In this document: in pieces, positions 18,589-27,392 of the stretch
How positions within the stretch are numbered: the stretch's first letter is position 1
Layout of the letters: each line of letters opens with the position of its first letter
DNA from: a virus
Length of the DNA stretch: 35,338 bases
UHGV virus genome: UHGV-0289455
Strand: one strand, 5' to 3'
Made by a program: the position numbers and the translations under genes
Notes under the pieces: model-generated
Seen by the model: the letters and a program-made list of their open reading frames with translations, nothing else
Told to the model about the DNA's origin: nothing
The model's database searches: none

Positions 18589-20094
18589 TCATGGCATGGC
18601 CATGAGCATTTTCACGTCCGCATCACCGTCTGCTGACGTCTGTGACACGCCACCCCGCACCGCTGCCGGTGAATGATTCGCCATGAAATGTTCAAACAGG
18701 GCGGTTGTGGATGCAGAGACCGGTTCTGCTTTATCCGGCGATGAGGACAGAATGTCGCGGGCAGCCTCCACCGTCATTCCGGGAAACGCCGCCAGTTTTT
18801 CAGCCTGCGCCTCAGCCCCTTTTGCCTCATCCAGAGCCATGATCTGATCACGGAGTGAGGGTCCGGCATCCGCCAGTGGTGCAGCCGCCAGGATCGGGCG
18901 GGCTTTTTCCACCGTCATCTCCGGCATCGCCGCCAGCGTTGCCGCCAGTTGTTCACGACCTTTAGCCTCTTCACACGCCATAATGCGATCGGCTTCACTC
19001 TGCGTGGATGCCACCGGCTGCTGTGGTGCTGCCGCGGTCAGAATCGCCCGGGCCTGTTCAACGCTCATGCCCTGTTGTCCTGCCAGCATCGTGGCAAGGT
19101 GTTCACGTCCTTTCGCTTCCTGACACGTCAGGATCCCCATCACTCGCTGGTTCTCCTGCGCGGCAGCTTCCGTTGCAGTTAATTGCGGCATAGTGCCTCC
19201 TGTATCATGTGTGTTCAGCGCCGCAGCCATCACGCTGATGGCATCCGACGCATTGATTAATTCATCCGCCAGCCCGGCCTCAATGCCGGACTGACCTTCA
19301 AAAACGGCGGCCTCTGTTCCCGTGACTGCATCAACAGACAGACCGGTATACATCGCCACTTTTTCGGCAAACATCCGGCGCGCCGCATCAATCCGCTGCT
19401 GCATGTCCTGGCGAACCTCTTCCGGCAACGCTTCAAACTGATTGCCATCCACCTTGTGCGCCCCTGAGTAAATCAGCGTGATATCCACACCGGCCTGCGC
19501 CAGATGACCGGCATAGCTGACATGGCTCATCATCACGCCAATGGAGCCGATACGGGATGTCTGGGTAACCAGCCGTCGGGAGCAGGCCGACGCCAGCAGC
19601 ATGGCTGCAGAACAGGCCGTGTCATTGCACAGTGCCCAGACCGGCTTCTGCTGACGGAGTCGGTAAATCATGTCAGCACAGTCAAACGCACCGGCGGCCT
19701 GCCCGCCCGGACTGTCAATGTCCAGCAGTACACCCCGCACCTGGCTATCCGCCATTGCCTGCTGAAGACAGGCGACAATGCCGTCATAGCCTGTCATTCC
19801 GGAAAATGGCCGCATACCCCCCAGCCGGTGCACCAGCGTGCCTGTCACCGGCAGTACAGCAATACCGTTCACCACCCGGTAAACACGGGCCGGTCGTTTA
19901 CCTCCGGCCATGTACTCGTCCGTTTCAGCCAGCATTCCGGGAGCATCAAGCTGTACCTGCTGTTGTGGTACCGAAAGACTTGCTGCCCCCATCTCGCGCC
20001 CGAGCGCGCAAAAGAAAACCCGCGCATAGGCGGGCTCCAGAAGCAGCGGTTCATTGAATGCTGCTGCAATAATGTGTGAAAGATTACGTCTCAC
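18589..20094 (-). CDS. C: head maturation protease C (S49/ClpP-like), containing the in-frame scaffold (Nu3) region, with a triplicated C-terminal module
   Basis: 501 aa against about 439 in lambda gpC as I recall. The N-terminal two-thirds are lambda-C-like (NEPLLLEPAYARVFF..., TGSIGVMM...). The C-terminal third has three tandem 40-45-aa repeats of the motif EAKGRE..L...P.MTVE.AR.IL...P, which I remember as single-copy in lambda. Confidence 0.88.
   Translation of the reverse strand: MRRNLSHIIAAAFNEPLLLEPAYARVFFCALGREMGAASLSVPQQQVQLDAPGMLAETDEYMAGGKRPARVYRVVNGIAVLPVTGTLVHRLGGMRPFSGMTGYDGIVACLQQAMADSQVRGVLLDIDSPGGQAAGAFDCADMIYRLRQQKPVWALCNDTACSAAMLLASACSRRLVTQTSRIGSIGVMMSHVSYAGHLAQAGVDITLIYSGAHKVDGNQFEALPEEVRQDMQQRIDAARRMFAEKVAMYTGLSVDAVTGTEAAVFEGQSGIEAGLADELINASDAISVMAAALNTHDTGGTMPQLTATEAAAQENQRVMGILTCQEAKGREHLATMLAGQQGMSVEQARAILTAAAPQQPVASTQSEADRIMACEEAKGREQLAATLAAMPEMTVEKARPILAAAPLADAGPSLRDQIMALDEAKGAEAQAEKLAAFPGMTVEAARDILSSSPDKAEPVSASTTALFEHFMANHSPAAVRGGVSQTSADGDADVKMLMAMP
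18700..19150 (-). repeat. three imperfect tandem repeats (about 120-135 bp each) inside gene C
   Basis: Visible at protein level (CQEAKGREHLATMLAGQQGMSVEQARAILTAAAP / CEEAKGREQLAATLAAMPEMTVEKARPILAAAP / LDEAKGAEAQAEKLAAFPGMTVEAARDILSSSP) and as reiterated DNA segments. Confidence 0.7.
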
Positions 20095-21676
20095 GTGGTG
20101 TTGTCTCCTCTTCCGGCCTGCGACTCTCCGCTATCTGCTGCTGATACGCCTGCGCTATCCACACCGGACGTGAGAGTCCGGCTTTTTCCCGCTCTGCAGA
20201 TTCCCTGACCTGCTGGCGGAAAATGTCCTGATAATCCTCGCCCATCAGCGCCAGCTCTTTCTCATACGTGCTCAGTCCGGAATCAATACGCATCACCGAT
20301 TCCTGAACCTCCTTGAGCCCGTCAATGGCCATTCTTCCGGCACCAATCCACTCAGCCCGTGACCAGGCTGAACGCGCCTGATAAAAATCAAAACGTGCCC
20401 GTGGCGGACGAATAATCCCCCGAAGAAGTGCCTCTTCCAGCCAGCAGGAAAACATCTGCGTGGCCAGCCGGGACGCAATAAATTTTCGTCGTCCCATAAA
20501 ATAGCGCCACGACTCATTGGCGGAGGCGCGGGCACTTGAATAACTGACCTTCGAGTAATCACGGGACAACTGTTCGTAGGAAACACCAAGACCGGCGGCG
20601 ATATACCGCAGCAGCGCCTGTTCAAGCGCCGAAAATCCATTGTCTGAATCCTGCGCGGTCTGCAGTTTCAGATCATCACCAGGGAAAAGGTGCGGAATTT
20701 TGACACCGCCCAGCGTCACGTTATTCGTGTCATACCAGCTGGAGAACTTCTCCAGAATATTAATAAGCGGATTATCCTTCTGCCCCTGCGGCGCACCGGC
20801 GATATATTCAAAGGCCTTTTCGGTATCCAGTTCACTTTCAATTGTCGCTGCATACATCGCCTTGACAATGGCCGACTGAAGCTGTGTTGCCTGCAGGGAA
20901 TCGAGCATCTTCAGCCGTTCCATGACGCTGTAAAACTGGTTGGCCCCACGGGTCTGCCCGTCCTCCACCGGCTCGAAAATATGCAGCATGGCCGGACGCC
21001 CGGTGAGAAGTTCACGCGGGATCCGTTCCCATCGTCCACTCCCGGAGCGAGGAAAATCATCCTCACAGATATGGTACGCAACGGCACGACCATATCGATC
21101 GACCTCCACCCCGGCCCGCAGAAAACGGTTCCCGATACCATGTCCTGGCGTGTCCACCCGTTTCGGACTCACGGCTTTAAAACGCGTACGAAACAGTTGC
21201 GTGCTCTCCGTATCCCAGACCGGCTGCACAAAGATTTCGCCGTTAAACGCATGAACGCCCACACCTTCACGGATAAATTCCGTAAACGTGCGTTTCCCTT
21301 CCACGTCGATCTCACCAAACATCCCTTCTGCGTATTCTGACCAGGCCGCCTCCACCTCATCGACAAAACTTTTTGTCGCGGTCTCCCGCATCCCCAGCCA
21401 GCGCCAGTTCGGGCGGTAGCTGATAAGAAACATATGCCCGACAATGTGATCCTTATGCAGGGCCACCGCATTGGCCGCTATCCCGTTATTGCGCACCAGA
21501 TCATCTGCCCGGGCATTCCCCAGACGCAACGCGGGCAGCAGGGCCGCATCGGCACTCTGCGCCGGTGGCAACCACTCCGCCATTTGCCCGCCAAATCCTG
21601 CGCCGCCCCCGTTGTAGCTGAGGCTCTCCCGAAGCGGAACGCCGTTCACATCAATCAGGACAGGCGTTCGTTTCAT
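20084..21676 (-). CDS. B: portal protein B
   Basis: 530 aa, MKRTPVLIDVNGVPLRESLSYNGGGAGFGGQMAEWLPPAQSADAALLPALRLGNARADDLVRNNGIAANAV... essentially lambda gpB. Confidence 0.95.
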   Translation of the reverse strand: MKRTPVLIDVNGVPLRESLSYNGGGAGFGGQMAEWLPPAQSADAALLPALRLGNARADDLVRNNGIAANAVALHKDHIVGHMFLISYRPNWRWLGMRETATKSFVDEVEAAWSEYAEGMFGEIDVEGKRTFTEFIREGVGVHAFNGEIFVQPVWDTESTQLFRTRFKAVSPKRVDTPGHGIGNRFLRAGVEVDRYGRAVAYHICEDDFPRSGSGRWERIPRELLTGRPAMLHIFEPVEDGQTRGANQFYSVMERLKMLDSLQATQLQSAIVKAMYAATIESELDTEKAFEYIAGAPQGQKDNPLINILEKFSSWYDTNNVTLGGVKIPHLFPGDDLKLQTAQDSDNGFSALEQALLRYIAAGLGVSYEQLSRDYSKVSYSSARASANESWRYFMGRRKFIASRLATQMFSCWLEEALLRGIIRPPRARFDFYQARSAWSRAEWIGAGRMAIDGLKEVQESVMRIDSGLSTYEKELALMGEDYQDIFRQQVRESAEREKAGLSRPVWIAQAYQQQIAESRRPEEETTPRET

Positions 21677-21879
21677 AACCTCACTCCCAGCGGACGACGG
21701 CGACGGCGGGTTGTCCCCAGTACCGACTCAGCATCATTGATCGCACGGTTAAGCTCATCCAGAGAGGCCGCCGTATATTCAATTCTTCGTCCATCTTTCT
21801 GGACAGACACCACCCGTTTACCGGTTAATAAATCAAGGCGCGCCTGACGCAGCGCCTGCAGTTCAGCGACTGTAACCAT
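21673..21879 (-). CDS. W: head-tail joining protein W
   Basis: 68 aa, ...LLTGKRVVSVQKDGRRIEYTAASLDEL... matches lambda gpW. Confidence 0.9.
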   Translation of the reverse strand: MVTVAELQALRQARLDLLTGKRVVSVQKDGRRIEYTAASLDELNRAINDAESVLGTTRRRRRPLGVRL

Positions 21880-23791
21880 TCACTCCTCCGGACAGCTTCG
21901 CTGCCAGTTCTTTAAGGGTTGGCCGGGTCGTCTCTTCTTCCCGGGATTTTGCCAGTACAGCCAGATCAAGCTGCCAGCGTTGCACGGACACACGTAATGC
22001 CGCGTAGGCATACACCAGGCAGTCCAGCGCTTCGTTACGCCGCTTTTTGTTATCCCACAGCAGACGCATCTTTCCTTTTTCCCACTTCTCCACAAGCTCT
22101 TCCGCGACCAGTTGCTGCGCCTCTGTCTGCGAAAAAATCTCCGGATCATCAGGAAAACGGATGGCATACGACGTGGCTTCATCCGCAGGCGTGGGCTCGG
22201 CTTTCATACGGGCATAGAGAATTTCTTTTGCGGTGTCCGTCCCCACTTCACACAGATAAACGCCCCGCTGATTGCGGGTTTTCGGCATGGTGATCACCGG
22301 CTTGCCATAGACAGACGCGCCTTTTACCGGCAGCACACGGAAAACACCGTGTTTTTTTGACCTCTGGTAGACGATTTCACCATCGATCCCCCCGGTGTCC
22401 CAGCAGACACGGGAAATGGTCATTTCGGTGCCATCCGCATGGCGGTATTTTTTGTTGATCGCCGCATCCACACGTAACAGCGTCTCTTCCTCATCGGGAC
22501 GTCCCATAATGATGATTTTATCCACCAGAAAGGCTTCCTCTCCCGGAGCCCATCCCCAGACATACATCTCAAAACGGTTTCGCTGCGAGTCAATGCCCGC
22601 CGTCAGATAAACCACCCGGGCTGGCACCGCCGCCGTGTAATGCACGACCTTATCCATCAGTACCTGGTGATCGAGTTTTTCGCCCACGGCCTCTTCCCAG
22701 GTCTCGCCCAGCGTGGTGTTCACAAAGGTTTTCAGGCCGTTGGGATCTTTCAGTGCATCCAGCCAGTCATAGACTATCTGTACCCAGGTGGTGAACGGAC
22801 TGTACGCCGTCCAGATATGGAACGTGATGGAGCGCGGCGGCGGAATTTCATTATCCGCGGCGCTGAAAAACGTCAGACCGTCACGGGTCCACATCCACGT
22901 GTTTTCACAGATCCACCGCCCGTTGCTCTGGTCAAGCTCAGACTGATGGATCACGCAGCCATGATGTTCACAGAGGTAGAAAACGCTTTCGGGGCTGTCC
23001 TTCTCCCATTTAAGGCCAAAAGGCGTGGATTCATCGCCAAATTTCAGATACTGCTCCTCCCCACAGTGTGGGCAGGGCACATAAAAACGCATGAAATGCG
23101 CCGACTCGTTGGCCGCTTTTTCGATCTGGCAGGTGCCTTTGATTTTAGGCGTCGAGCCGCGAATGGATTTGGGCCATACAGAGCCCTCAATACGTTTATC
23201 CCCAAGCAGGGTTGGCGAACCCTCTTTTTCGACATCCGGTTCGAACGAGGAAAGTTCGTCATAGCAGACCACGTCCACGGATTTTTCACGGTAGTTTTTG
23301 GCGGCAGCGCCGCCCAGGCACCAGAAGCCCACACCCGATGAAAAGCGTTTCAGCGTGAGAGTATTGTCACGATGTTTACGCCCCAGCCATGGAGAAAGGT
23401 CTTTCAGACATGGCACATCCCGAATCGTCGCCTCCACGTGAGACTTCATAAAATCTTCAGCGGCAGAATCCGTGGGCTGAAAAAGCAGACTGTTTCGGGA
23501 TTTATGCTCAATAAAATACCCGACCACCCCCAGCAACATCTTTGTATAGCCAACACGGGCAGATTTAATCAGATTAACAGTCCGGATCTGATCATTCCCC
23601 ATGCTGTTCATGATGGCGATCTGGAACGGCAGCGTTTTCCATTCTCCCTCACCATATGAAGATTCTTTAGGCAGATAATAATTTTGATCAGCCCATTCAA
23701 CTGGCGTCACCGGCAATGCCCTTATCAGGGGCTGTAATGCTGTTGTGACAGCACTCATCATATTATTCAGTTGTTGCTCTGATATATTCAT
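21863..23791 (-). CDS. A: terminase large subunit A
   Basis: Start placed at MNISEQQL (ATG 23789-23791), the lambda-like N-terminus; ...VEWADQNYYLPKESSYGEGEWKTLPFQIAIMNSMG... and the rest are lambda gpA-like. The tracked ORF is 19 codons longer. Confidence 0.93.
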   Translation of the reverse strand: MNISEQQLNNMMSAVTTALQPLIRALPVTPVEWADQNYYLPKESSYGEGEWKTLPFQIAIMNSMGNDQIRTVNLIKSARVGYTKMLLGVVGYFIEHKSRNSLLFQPTDSAAEDFMKSHVEATIRDVPCLKDLSPWLGRKHRDNTLTLKRFSSGVGFWCLGGAAAKNYREKSVDVVCYDELSSFEPDVEKEGSPTLLGDKRIEGSVWPKSIRGSTPKIKGTCQIEKAANESAHFMRFYVPCPHCGEEQYLKFGDESTPFGLKWEKDSPESVFYLCEHHGCVIHQSELDQSNGRWICENTWMWTRDGLTFFSAADNEIPPPRSITFHIWTAYSPFTTWVQIVYDWLDALKDPNGLKTFVNTTLGETWEEAVGEKLDHQVLMDKVVHYTAAVPARVVYLTAGIDSQRNRFEMYVWGWAPGEEAFLVDKIIIMGRPDEEETLLRVDAAINKKYRHADGTEMTISRVCWDTGGIDGEIVYQRSKKHGVFRVLPVKGASVYGKPVITMPKTRNQRGVYLCEVGTDTAKEILYARMKAEPTPADEATSYAIRFPDDPEIFSQTEAQQLVAEELVEKWEKGKMRLLWDNKKRRNEALDCLVYAYAALRVSVQRWQLDLAVLAKSREEETTRPTLKELAAKLSGGVNGYSR

Positions 23792-24272
23792 CGAGTAAAT
23801 CCGGTAATTTATCCCCCGCCCGCGCACACTGATTTGCCCCCTTCGCAATAAGGGTTTTCAGATGGTCAAGATGGCGCGGTGTTAAATCAGGAAACTGTCG
23901 CTGCATGGATAAAGGGATGGAATCAAGCGTACTGGATAACGCCATTGCCAGCTTGCTGAGGGCAAAAATACAGAACCCGGTATCAATAAGTTTTCCTTTT
24001 GACACCTCATTTTTTAACTGCTGTGTAACAGCCTGTTCTGCTGTCAGTTCCCATCTGGCAATAAGCAATTTCTCCTCATAGTCGTCTTCGCTATCGCCAT
24101 CAGGCACATCGTTTTTACTTCTTCTCAGATACGATATGTAAAAATCGCGCCAGGCATCCAGATCCAGTTGCCCTCGCTTATTCGATATCGGGGCACCCGG
24201 CAATTTCTGCAATCTGCGAAGCTGGCGATCGGTCAGACTTAAATGCCTGGCAACTTCAGTCTGCGTAGCCAC
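23763..24272 (-). CDS. nu1: terminase small subunit (Nu1-like) with divergent N-terminal HTH domain
   Basis: The C-terminal half (FCIFALSKLAMALSSTLDSIPLSMQRQFPDLTPRHLDHLK...LPDLLDEYI) matches lambda Nu1; the N-terminal DNA-binding part (TQTEVARHLSLTDRQLRRL) does not. Overlaps the A start as in lambda. Confidence 0.85.
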   Translation of the reverse strand: MATQTEVARHLSLTDRQLRRLQKLPGAPISNKRGQLDLDAWRDFYISYLRRSKNDVPDGDSEDDYEEKLLIARWELTAEQAVTQQLKNEVSKGKLIDTGFCIFALSKLAMALSSTLDSIPLSMQRQFPDLTPRHLDHLKTLIAKGANQCARAGDKLPDLLDEYIRATTE

Positions 24273-24467
24273 TCCTCACCTCGCAAAAACTCTCACCTCA
24301 CAATCACAACAAAACCGGTCATGTCCGGCTTACATGTCTATTTTTTGCGCATGTCCGGTTCATGGAAAGCATGTTTTTATATTTTTCATATGGTTAACTT
24401 GCAGAGAAACCGGACATGGATCCCGGAAAATTTTCATAAATAGTGAAAATCCGCGAGGTCGCCGCCC
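24273..24467 (-). other. cos: cos region: cosN (12-nt cohesive end GGGCGGCGACCT on the minus strand at 24456-24467) and cosB with three CATGTCCGG repeats
   Basis: The reverse complement of 24421-24467 reads GGGCGGCGACCTCGCGGATTTTCACTATTTATGAAAATTTTCCGG, nearly the lambda left end. Repeats catgtccgg occur near 24323 and 24352, with the inverse ccggacatg near 24410. Confidence 0.85.
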
Positions 24468-24615
24468 CGTAACCTGTTGGATCGACGGAAAGGACCCGAA
24501 AACGAGAATAATTATCACTTACAGCAAGAATCGAATCTGATCTATTATGGTGCTTGCTATTATGTGCCGGCACAAGTGCGTCGTTTACCGTCATTTCACA
24601 CAGAGGCATCATCAA

Positions 24616-24867
24616 ATGAAAATCAGAAATATTCTCGCTATCTCCCTTGCAACATCATCCTTCAGTTGCCTGGCATTTAAATCCTCGCCCAATGTGCTAC
24701 CAGGACCAACGAATCAACTAACTGCGGTAGAAAGTAAAATTATCGGACATTTTTATGCCCCACACAGTGCATTACCCGGAACAACCATCACAGGGACATG
24801 TGACGCCTCCCCCGTCCCGGGATGCACCTGTCCGTTTTGTACTATGCTGCGTAGCCAAAACCGATAA
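24616..24867 (+). CDS. small secreted cysteine-rich protein (moron next to cos)
   Basis: 83-aa ORF with an N-terminal signal-peptide-like segment (MKIRNILAISLATSSFSCLA) and a C-x7-C-x-C-x2-C cluster; opposite strand to the late operon (the orientation bor takes in lambda). No similarity to Bor noticed. Confidence 0.4.
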   Translation: MKIRNILAISLATSSFSCLAFKSSPNVLPGPTNQLTAVESKIIGHFYAPHSALPGTTITGTCDASPVPGCTCPFCTMLRSQNR

Positions 24868-24928
24868 CATCCGCATTTACCTGGTATTACATGATGAGTT
24901 CACGCAGCGACTGATAGAGGAAGGAAAG

Positions 24929-25108
24929 ATGGTTAGTAAAAGCAAGGCGCATTGCCGCCGCATGCTGCAGGCATTGCAACAGACGAGAGCAGGTATTTTT
25001 GACCAGTTGGAAAACTGCCAGCATACTTTGCCCGAGTATATCGCCATCTCATCGGAAACCAGTGCAACTCTTATTCATCGGGTTCCACCAGAGAAAAAGA
25101 AGAAATGA
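24929..25108 (+). CDS. small hypothetical protein (59 aa)
   Basis: ATG preceded by an AGGAAGGA Shine-Dalgarno; followed by a hairpin terminator at 25112-25145. Confidence 0.35.
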   Translation: MVSKSKAHCRRMLQALQQTRAGIFDQLENCQHTLPEYIAISSETSATLIHRVPPEKKKK

Positions 25109-25111
25109 ACA

Positions 25112-25145
25112 GTGAGGCGTTGTGTGGCATACAACGCCTTCTTCC
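25112..25145. terminator. bidirectional rho-independent terminator between convergent genes
   Basis: Stem aggcgttgt/acaacgcct with T-rich runs on both sides. Confidence 0.45.
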
Positions 25146-25230
25146 ATCATTCCTCGTCAGCCATGACAAAAATATAACCGCTGGCTCTTTCATTTTTCTC
25201 CTGCGTCCAGCCCCTCTCTACCTGGAAGCA

Positions 25231-25557
25231 TCAAGGACGTGACGGCGTAAAGATAAATTGTCTCTTCACTCCCTGACAGGGGCGATTCTTTTCAAATCGC
25301 CATTTCGCCATGGCCTTCACCACTTCATCACGAAACAAATTATGAGGCTCTGAGCGGAGAAAAACGATCCGTGTCACAGTCCCATCAGCACCAATATCGA
25401 ACTTAACCTCAACCAGCCCCTTGATATAATTTGCTGCAGCATATTCCGGATATCGTGGATACACCGTCACTAATTGCCGGGGCTCATCAGCTTTTTGCTG
25501 CGAGCATCCCACTGCCAGGACAGATAACAGAAAAAGTAGTAAAAGGCGTCTTTTCAT
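25231..25557 (-). CDS. small lipoprotein consisting of a TonB C-terminal-like domain
   Basis: Start taken at MKRRLLLLFLLSVLAVGCSQQ (lipobox-like AVG-C). The rest (YPRYPEYAAANYIKGLVEVKFDIGADGTVTRIVFLRSEPHNLFRDEVVKAMAKWRFE) aligns by eye with the C-terminal domain of E. coli TonB. Confidence 0.6.
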   Translation of the reverse strand: MKRRLLLLFLLSVLAVGCSQQKADEPRQLVTVYPRYPEYAAANYIKGLVEVKFDIGADGTVTRIVFLRSEPHNLFRDEVVKAMAKWRFEKNRPCQGVKRQFIFTPSRP

Positions 25558-25867
25558 TTTTATTCCTACGGGTCTTATTCTGACAATATATCCTGTGTTC
25601 CAGACTGCCACATCACCACATCCTGTGCCATTATCTGACTCACATTACATACATCGCATCGGGATACAGTAGTAGCACTTTCTGTAATACAGCTTCCTGT
25701 TTCTTCCACCATCGCACCGGGATAAACCCGCGAATCATTAACGCGGTAAAAACCCGGTGTGCATCGTTTTTAATTATCCCCGCACACTCGCGCAGAGGAG
25801 TCTCCCTGTCGGGCTGCGGTCTCTGTTAATGAGGGAATATAGCGACGATACGGCGCATCAACAAAAC

Positions 25868-26341
25868 TTATTTCAGGCACTGAGTGCGGATATAGTCCTG
25901 TGCCCCTTCCAGTTGCTTGTGCATCGTCATCAGCCGCTCTCTGAGGGTGAAATAATCCCGTGTAACGGTGTCTGCCAGTTGGGGGCCGGTTGCATTATCC
26001 ACGCCGGAGGTGGTGGGGGCTTCACGCACGGAGCCTGGACAGGTGGCGTTGATCCGCAGGCGCTTACGACCAGCGGCAACGTCAGCGCGAAGAGTTTCAT
26101 TTTCAGCTCTCGCATCGGCTAATTCCCTCGAGTATTTTGCATCGAGCGCAGCAACATCGCGCTGGCGCACCTGCATATCAGTAATGGTTGCGTTCGCCAG
26201 CTTCAGTTCACTGGCTTTGTTATCGCGCTGCGCTTTGTAGGTAATCGCGTTATCACGGTAATGGTCTGTTGCCATCCACAGCGCACCACAGGCCACCAGC
26301 AGAATAACGATAAACGCGGAAAGCATTCGGTTTATGTTCAC
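25868..26341 (-). CDS. Rz: i-spanin Rz
   Basis: 157 aa, N-terminal TM then ...[59 protein letters not shown]...[24 protein letters not shown] matches lambda Rz. Confidence 0.92.
   Translation of the reverse strand: MNINRMLSAFIVILLVACGALWMATDHYRDNAITYKAQRDNKASELKLANATITDMQVRQRDVAALDAKYSRELADARAENETLRADVAAGRKRLRINATCPGSVREAPTTSGVDNATGPQLADTVTRDYFTLRERLMTMHKQLEGAQDYIRTQCLK
25930..26115 (-). CDS. Rz1: o-spanin Rz1 (lipoprotein, embedded in Rz in the +1 frame)
   Basis: [22 protein letters not shown]...[30 protein letters not shown] matches lambda Rz1. Confidence 0.9.
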   Translation of the reverse strand: MRELKMKLFALTLPLVVSACGSTPPVQAPCVKPPPPPAWIMQPAPNWQTPLHGIISPSESG

Positions 26342-26469
26342 CCCAGCAACCCCGACGAAGACAACATCATCCAGGCCATGGAAAGAAAAAGAGCAACCAG
26401 CATTAGTGAAAATGAAATGCCGACAATTACACAGAGGATCTTCGCCAGCGTTATGAGTTTGTCTGACAT
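26338..26469 (-). CDS. 43-aa single-pass membrane protein between R and Rz
   Basis: ATG preceded by a strong Shine-Dalgarno (AGGGAGGA, 6-nt spacer); stop overlaps the Rz start. One hydrophobic helix ([26 protein letters not shown]). Confidence 0.45.
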   Translation of the reverse strand: MSDKLITLAKILCVIVGISFSLMLVALFLSMAWMMLSSSGLLG

Positions 26470-26483
26470 GCTTAATCCTCCCT

Positions 26484-26666
26484 TCACGATTTCAACGCAA
26501 TGACCAGTTTTGCCAGCCCATACAGCATCGGGGACACAGCAACACCGACCGCCACCCACTTAATGGCAAAAGCCAGTGCTCTGCTGATGTCATCAGTTAC
26601 AGGCGCTTTCAGTTCAAGGCCATTTTTCATAGTCAACCTCAACAGAATTCGTTTACACTTCGCCAT
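26484..26666 (-). CDS. 60-aa protein with C-terminal hydrophobic helix between R and Rz
   Basis: ATG at 26664-26666 preceded by GGGAG; [60 protein letters not shown]. Confidence 0.4.
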   Translation of the reverse strand: MAKCKRILLRLTMKNGLELKAPVTDDISRALAFAIKWVAVGVAVSPMLYGLAKLVIALKS

Positions 26667-26822
26667 GTTCTCCCTTGCCTTACTCAAGGTCAGAAACACA
26701 AAACCTCGCTTGGTGCCAACAAACGGGTTTTTTACTTTTATTCACTTACGTTTCGCCAGTTCGCAGGATTTCGTGTTATCCGCCCGCGTGGCCATTCCTC
26801 ATTTTTCAGCAAAATATTCTGC

Positions 26823-27356
26823 TTATCTGTCGATACCCCAGCACGCCAGCGCGCTCTCCTGGTCACGACGGGATACCTGACCGTAACAGTTGTTTGAACG
26901 AATACGGCAGTCTCTGCCACCGTCCTTAATCCACCAGCGAATCGCTTCGCAGGCACCTTTTCGATCACCAGCATTAATTCGTCTGTAAAACGTCGACGGG
27001 AAACACTTACCGGGACCAATGTTGTACGGACAGAATGACGCGATCCCCGCTTTCTGGGGTTCGGTCAGCGGCACTCTGATGTTTTTCTCCACCCACGCCA
27101 GCGCTTTATCACGCTCAATGGCGTTAACCTGGTCGCATTTTTCCTTCGACAACTTCATGCCCGGAACGACAGGTTTGCCATCCACCATGATGGCACCACG
27201 GCAGATGGTCCAGATACCTGCACCATCACGGTATGCCGTGGTGTGGTTGCCTTCCTTTTCATCCAGAAACTGGTCGAGAATGTCAGGCGCAGGCGCACCA
27301 GCGGCAATCAGCGCCAGAACGGCAGCCGACAGGCCGTATTTGATTTTGGTGTTCAT
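26823..27356 (-). CDS. R: SAR endolysin (phage-21 R-like lysozyme with N-terminal signal-arrest-release segment)
   Basis: 177 aa; N-terminal weakly hydrophobic Ala/Gly-rich segment (YGLSAAVLALIAAGAPAP), then a lysozyme-like E...D...GIWT.C.G pattern. Confidence 0.8.
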   Translation of the reverse strand: MNTKIKYGLSAAVLALIAAGAPAPDILDQFLDEKEGNHTTAYRDGAGIWTICRGAIMVDGKPVVPGMKLSKEKCDQVNAIERDKALAWVEKNIRVPLTEPQKAGIASFCPYNIGPGKCFPSTFYRRINAGDRKGACEAIRWWIKDGGRDCRIRSNNCYGQVSRRDQESALACWGIDR

Positions 27357-27392
27357 GGATATATTAAATATTCAGCCGCTGTCCCTGGCCCA

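Noticed and set aside
25757-26122. 121-aa plus-strand ORF and 25968-26240 plus ORF
   Set aside because: Antisense to Rz/Rz1; composition typical of a frame shadow.
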